Shown: piece by piece, positions 62,255 through 64,000 of the stretch
Layout of the letters: every line of letters starts with the position of its first letter
Position numbering within the stretch: position 1 is the first letter of the stretch
DNA from: Octopus bimaculoides
Taxonomy: Eukaryota
Assembly: GCF_001194135.2 (NCBI RefSeq)
Contig: NC_068987.1
Span: forward strand, 23,864,831-23,928,830
Direction of reading: 5' to 3'
DNA: 64,000 nt
Translations under genes and position numbers: made by a program
The notes under the pieces: model-generated
Database searches by the model: none
What the model was told of the DNA's origin: nothing
Seen by the model: the letters and a program-made list of their open reading frames with translations, nothing else

Positions 62255-64000
62255 GATTATGTCATCTATGTAACATAAGCTATCATATATTTACATGTTA
62301 TAACTTGGAGAACTATAACAAATAGGAGTGAGGCTGAAAAATGAGTCTTGTTGAGCACCTATTTACACACTAAATTCCTTGCTGAACTCATTTCTATGTA
62401 CAGAAATGCAGTCAACTCTCACTTTGTTGACTGCATCTCTGTACATGGACTTCACAAATCTTTCATCTGCTTCTGGTTAACCCTTCTGATACCAGCATGC
62501 CTGAGACTACACCCGGTTCTTTAAAAACAAAATTCCTATTTAAAGTGATCTAAACTAAGAACTTCTATTGGAGACCCAATTTAATAATAATAAAGTTATT
62601 TTATTAAATTCCTAATTATTTTCAAAATTAATTGTAACAAAGACTGTATTTCAACAGAAATGTGGTAACAAAAGTGTCAAAGACACAATTTTAATATATA
62701 AAGTGTTAAAATAATTCCATATTCATAATTTTCTTTTCTTCATTTTATATTGTTCTTTGTTTTTGGACTTTACTCCATATATTTAATACTTATGTAGATT
62801 TCCTCTAGATTCAATCTCAGAACTCCAACTTTGATATTCACCTTGGAACTCTATTTGCATTACCATCTGAATTACATTGGGTATTTTTTTACTACTTTTT
62901 GGTACTGCACCAATCTCTTATGATCTTTCTTTTCTCTTTTTTTTTTCTGCTTTATCTTTGACTTTTTTTAACTTTCATTTATCTTGTGCCCTCTTTTAAT
63001 TACTATTCTTCCCCTCTTATTTCTTTTTTTATCCTGTTCCCAACCCTTCTTTATTGTTGTTAACTTTTATTTTTTAATTATATTTTCCCCCTCTGCATTT
63101 ATATATTTATTTTTCCTTCTCTTTCTCCTCCTATTCCAACCCCAGAACATTCCTCTACCTCCTTCTTTATTCTATACTTGTACCTTTGCCTTATCCCCTG
63201 TAGTATCTGACTCTACTTTCATTCCACCTCTTACACCATCCCTTTATTGCAAACATCCTATCTCACTCTTCCTGTCTTCTTTGCATGCTATCTTCTGTTC
63301 CACCCTCTCCTAGATTTGTACCTTCAAGTATCCTTTTGTTGGGTTTCCTCTTTCCAATTCCCTTTTATCCATTTCTTACTCACTTCCTCTGTTTCATCTG
63401 TCACTTTATTCATCTACTTTTCCACTGCTTTACTCAATCATTAATCCTACACCTCTGGTAGCCACTACTCCCCACCACCACAACCACAACCCCATCCCCA
63501 GCTCTTACCCTTCCTGATCTAACCTTCTTTTTGCCTCTTCCCATCCTCATTTTCCTCCTCCGAATTCTCCTTCCTCCACTTCTTTCCTACTACACATTTC
63601 TCCTGCTGTCCTTCTTGCTTGCACCACCAACAGTGTTCACATAACACCCCCTACACATACACCTACACAACCTTAAAACCACTGCATCTTAGCAATGTAT
63701 TTCAGACTTGGATTCAGGATGGTTTTACATTGCACAAAATGGTGAACATTTTTTTTATAATGGCACAGCTCCTATACTGAATACCTCTGATTGCTTCACA
63801 GACCTGGGACACCGAGTGTTTTACTAGATACCAAGCCCTAGTCAGTTCAGCACCCTGAACTTGTACATCAAGTCCTGTCATCACACATTAGATCACTTTG
63901 ACTTCTAGAAATGCTTTCAATATATCTCCCAGTTTGAACTTTCTACCCTCAGCAAACACACACACACATACACACCCATATATATATATATATATATATA

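Overview
AT-rich, microsatellite-dense eukaryotic genomic scaffold with nine N-gaps. The SINE and RTE families look like those of an octopus (cephalopod); the species assignment is inference. Two host genes lie head-to-head. (1) The first coding exon of a SLAIN-motif protein on the minus strand (ATG 21312, donor after 20942); no further exon was found in the 21 kb to its left. (2) Five consecutive, phase-compatible coding exons of an SLC26 (prestin/pendrin-family) anion transporter on the plus strand (49504-60894), continuing past the window. A GCGCATGCGC (NRF1-type) palindrome lies about 365 bp upstream of the SLAIN ATG. The rest is mostly mobile DNA: Tc1, mariner, maT/DD37D-like, piggyBac, hAT-type MITE, RTE, CRE-like and Penelope-like relics, plus four tRNA-derived SINE families. 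The most striking signal is a set of minimal type I hammerhead-ribozyme motifs in at least five unrelated sequence contexts. One is the tail of a tRNA-headed SINE-like element carrying a Penelope-style inverted 5' copy (32925-33330). Another is an almost intact variant-core motif in the sense strand of an SLC26 intron (59994-60030). Ribozyme activity, novelty and family names were judged by eye and need computational and biochemical confirmation. No real tRNA, rRNA or CRISPR array was found.
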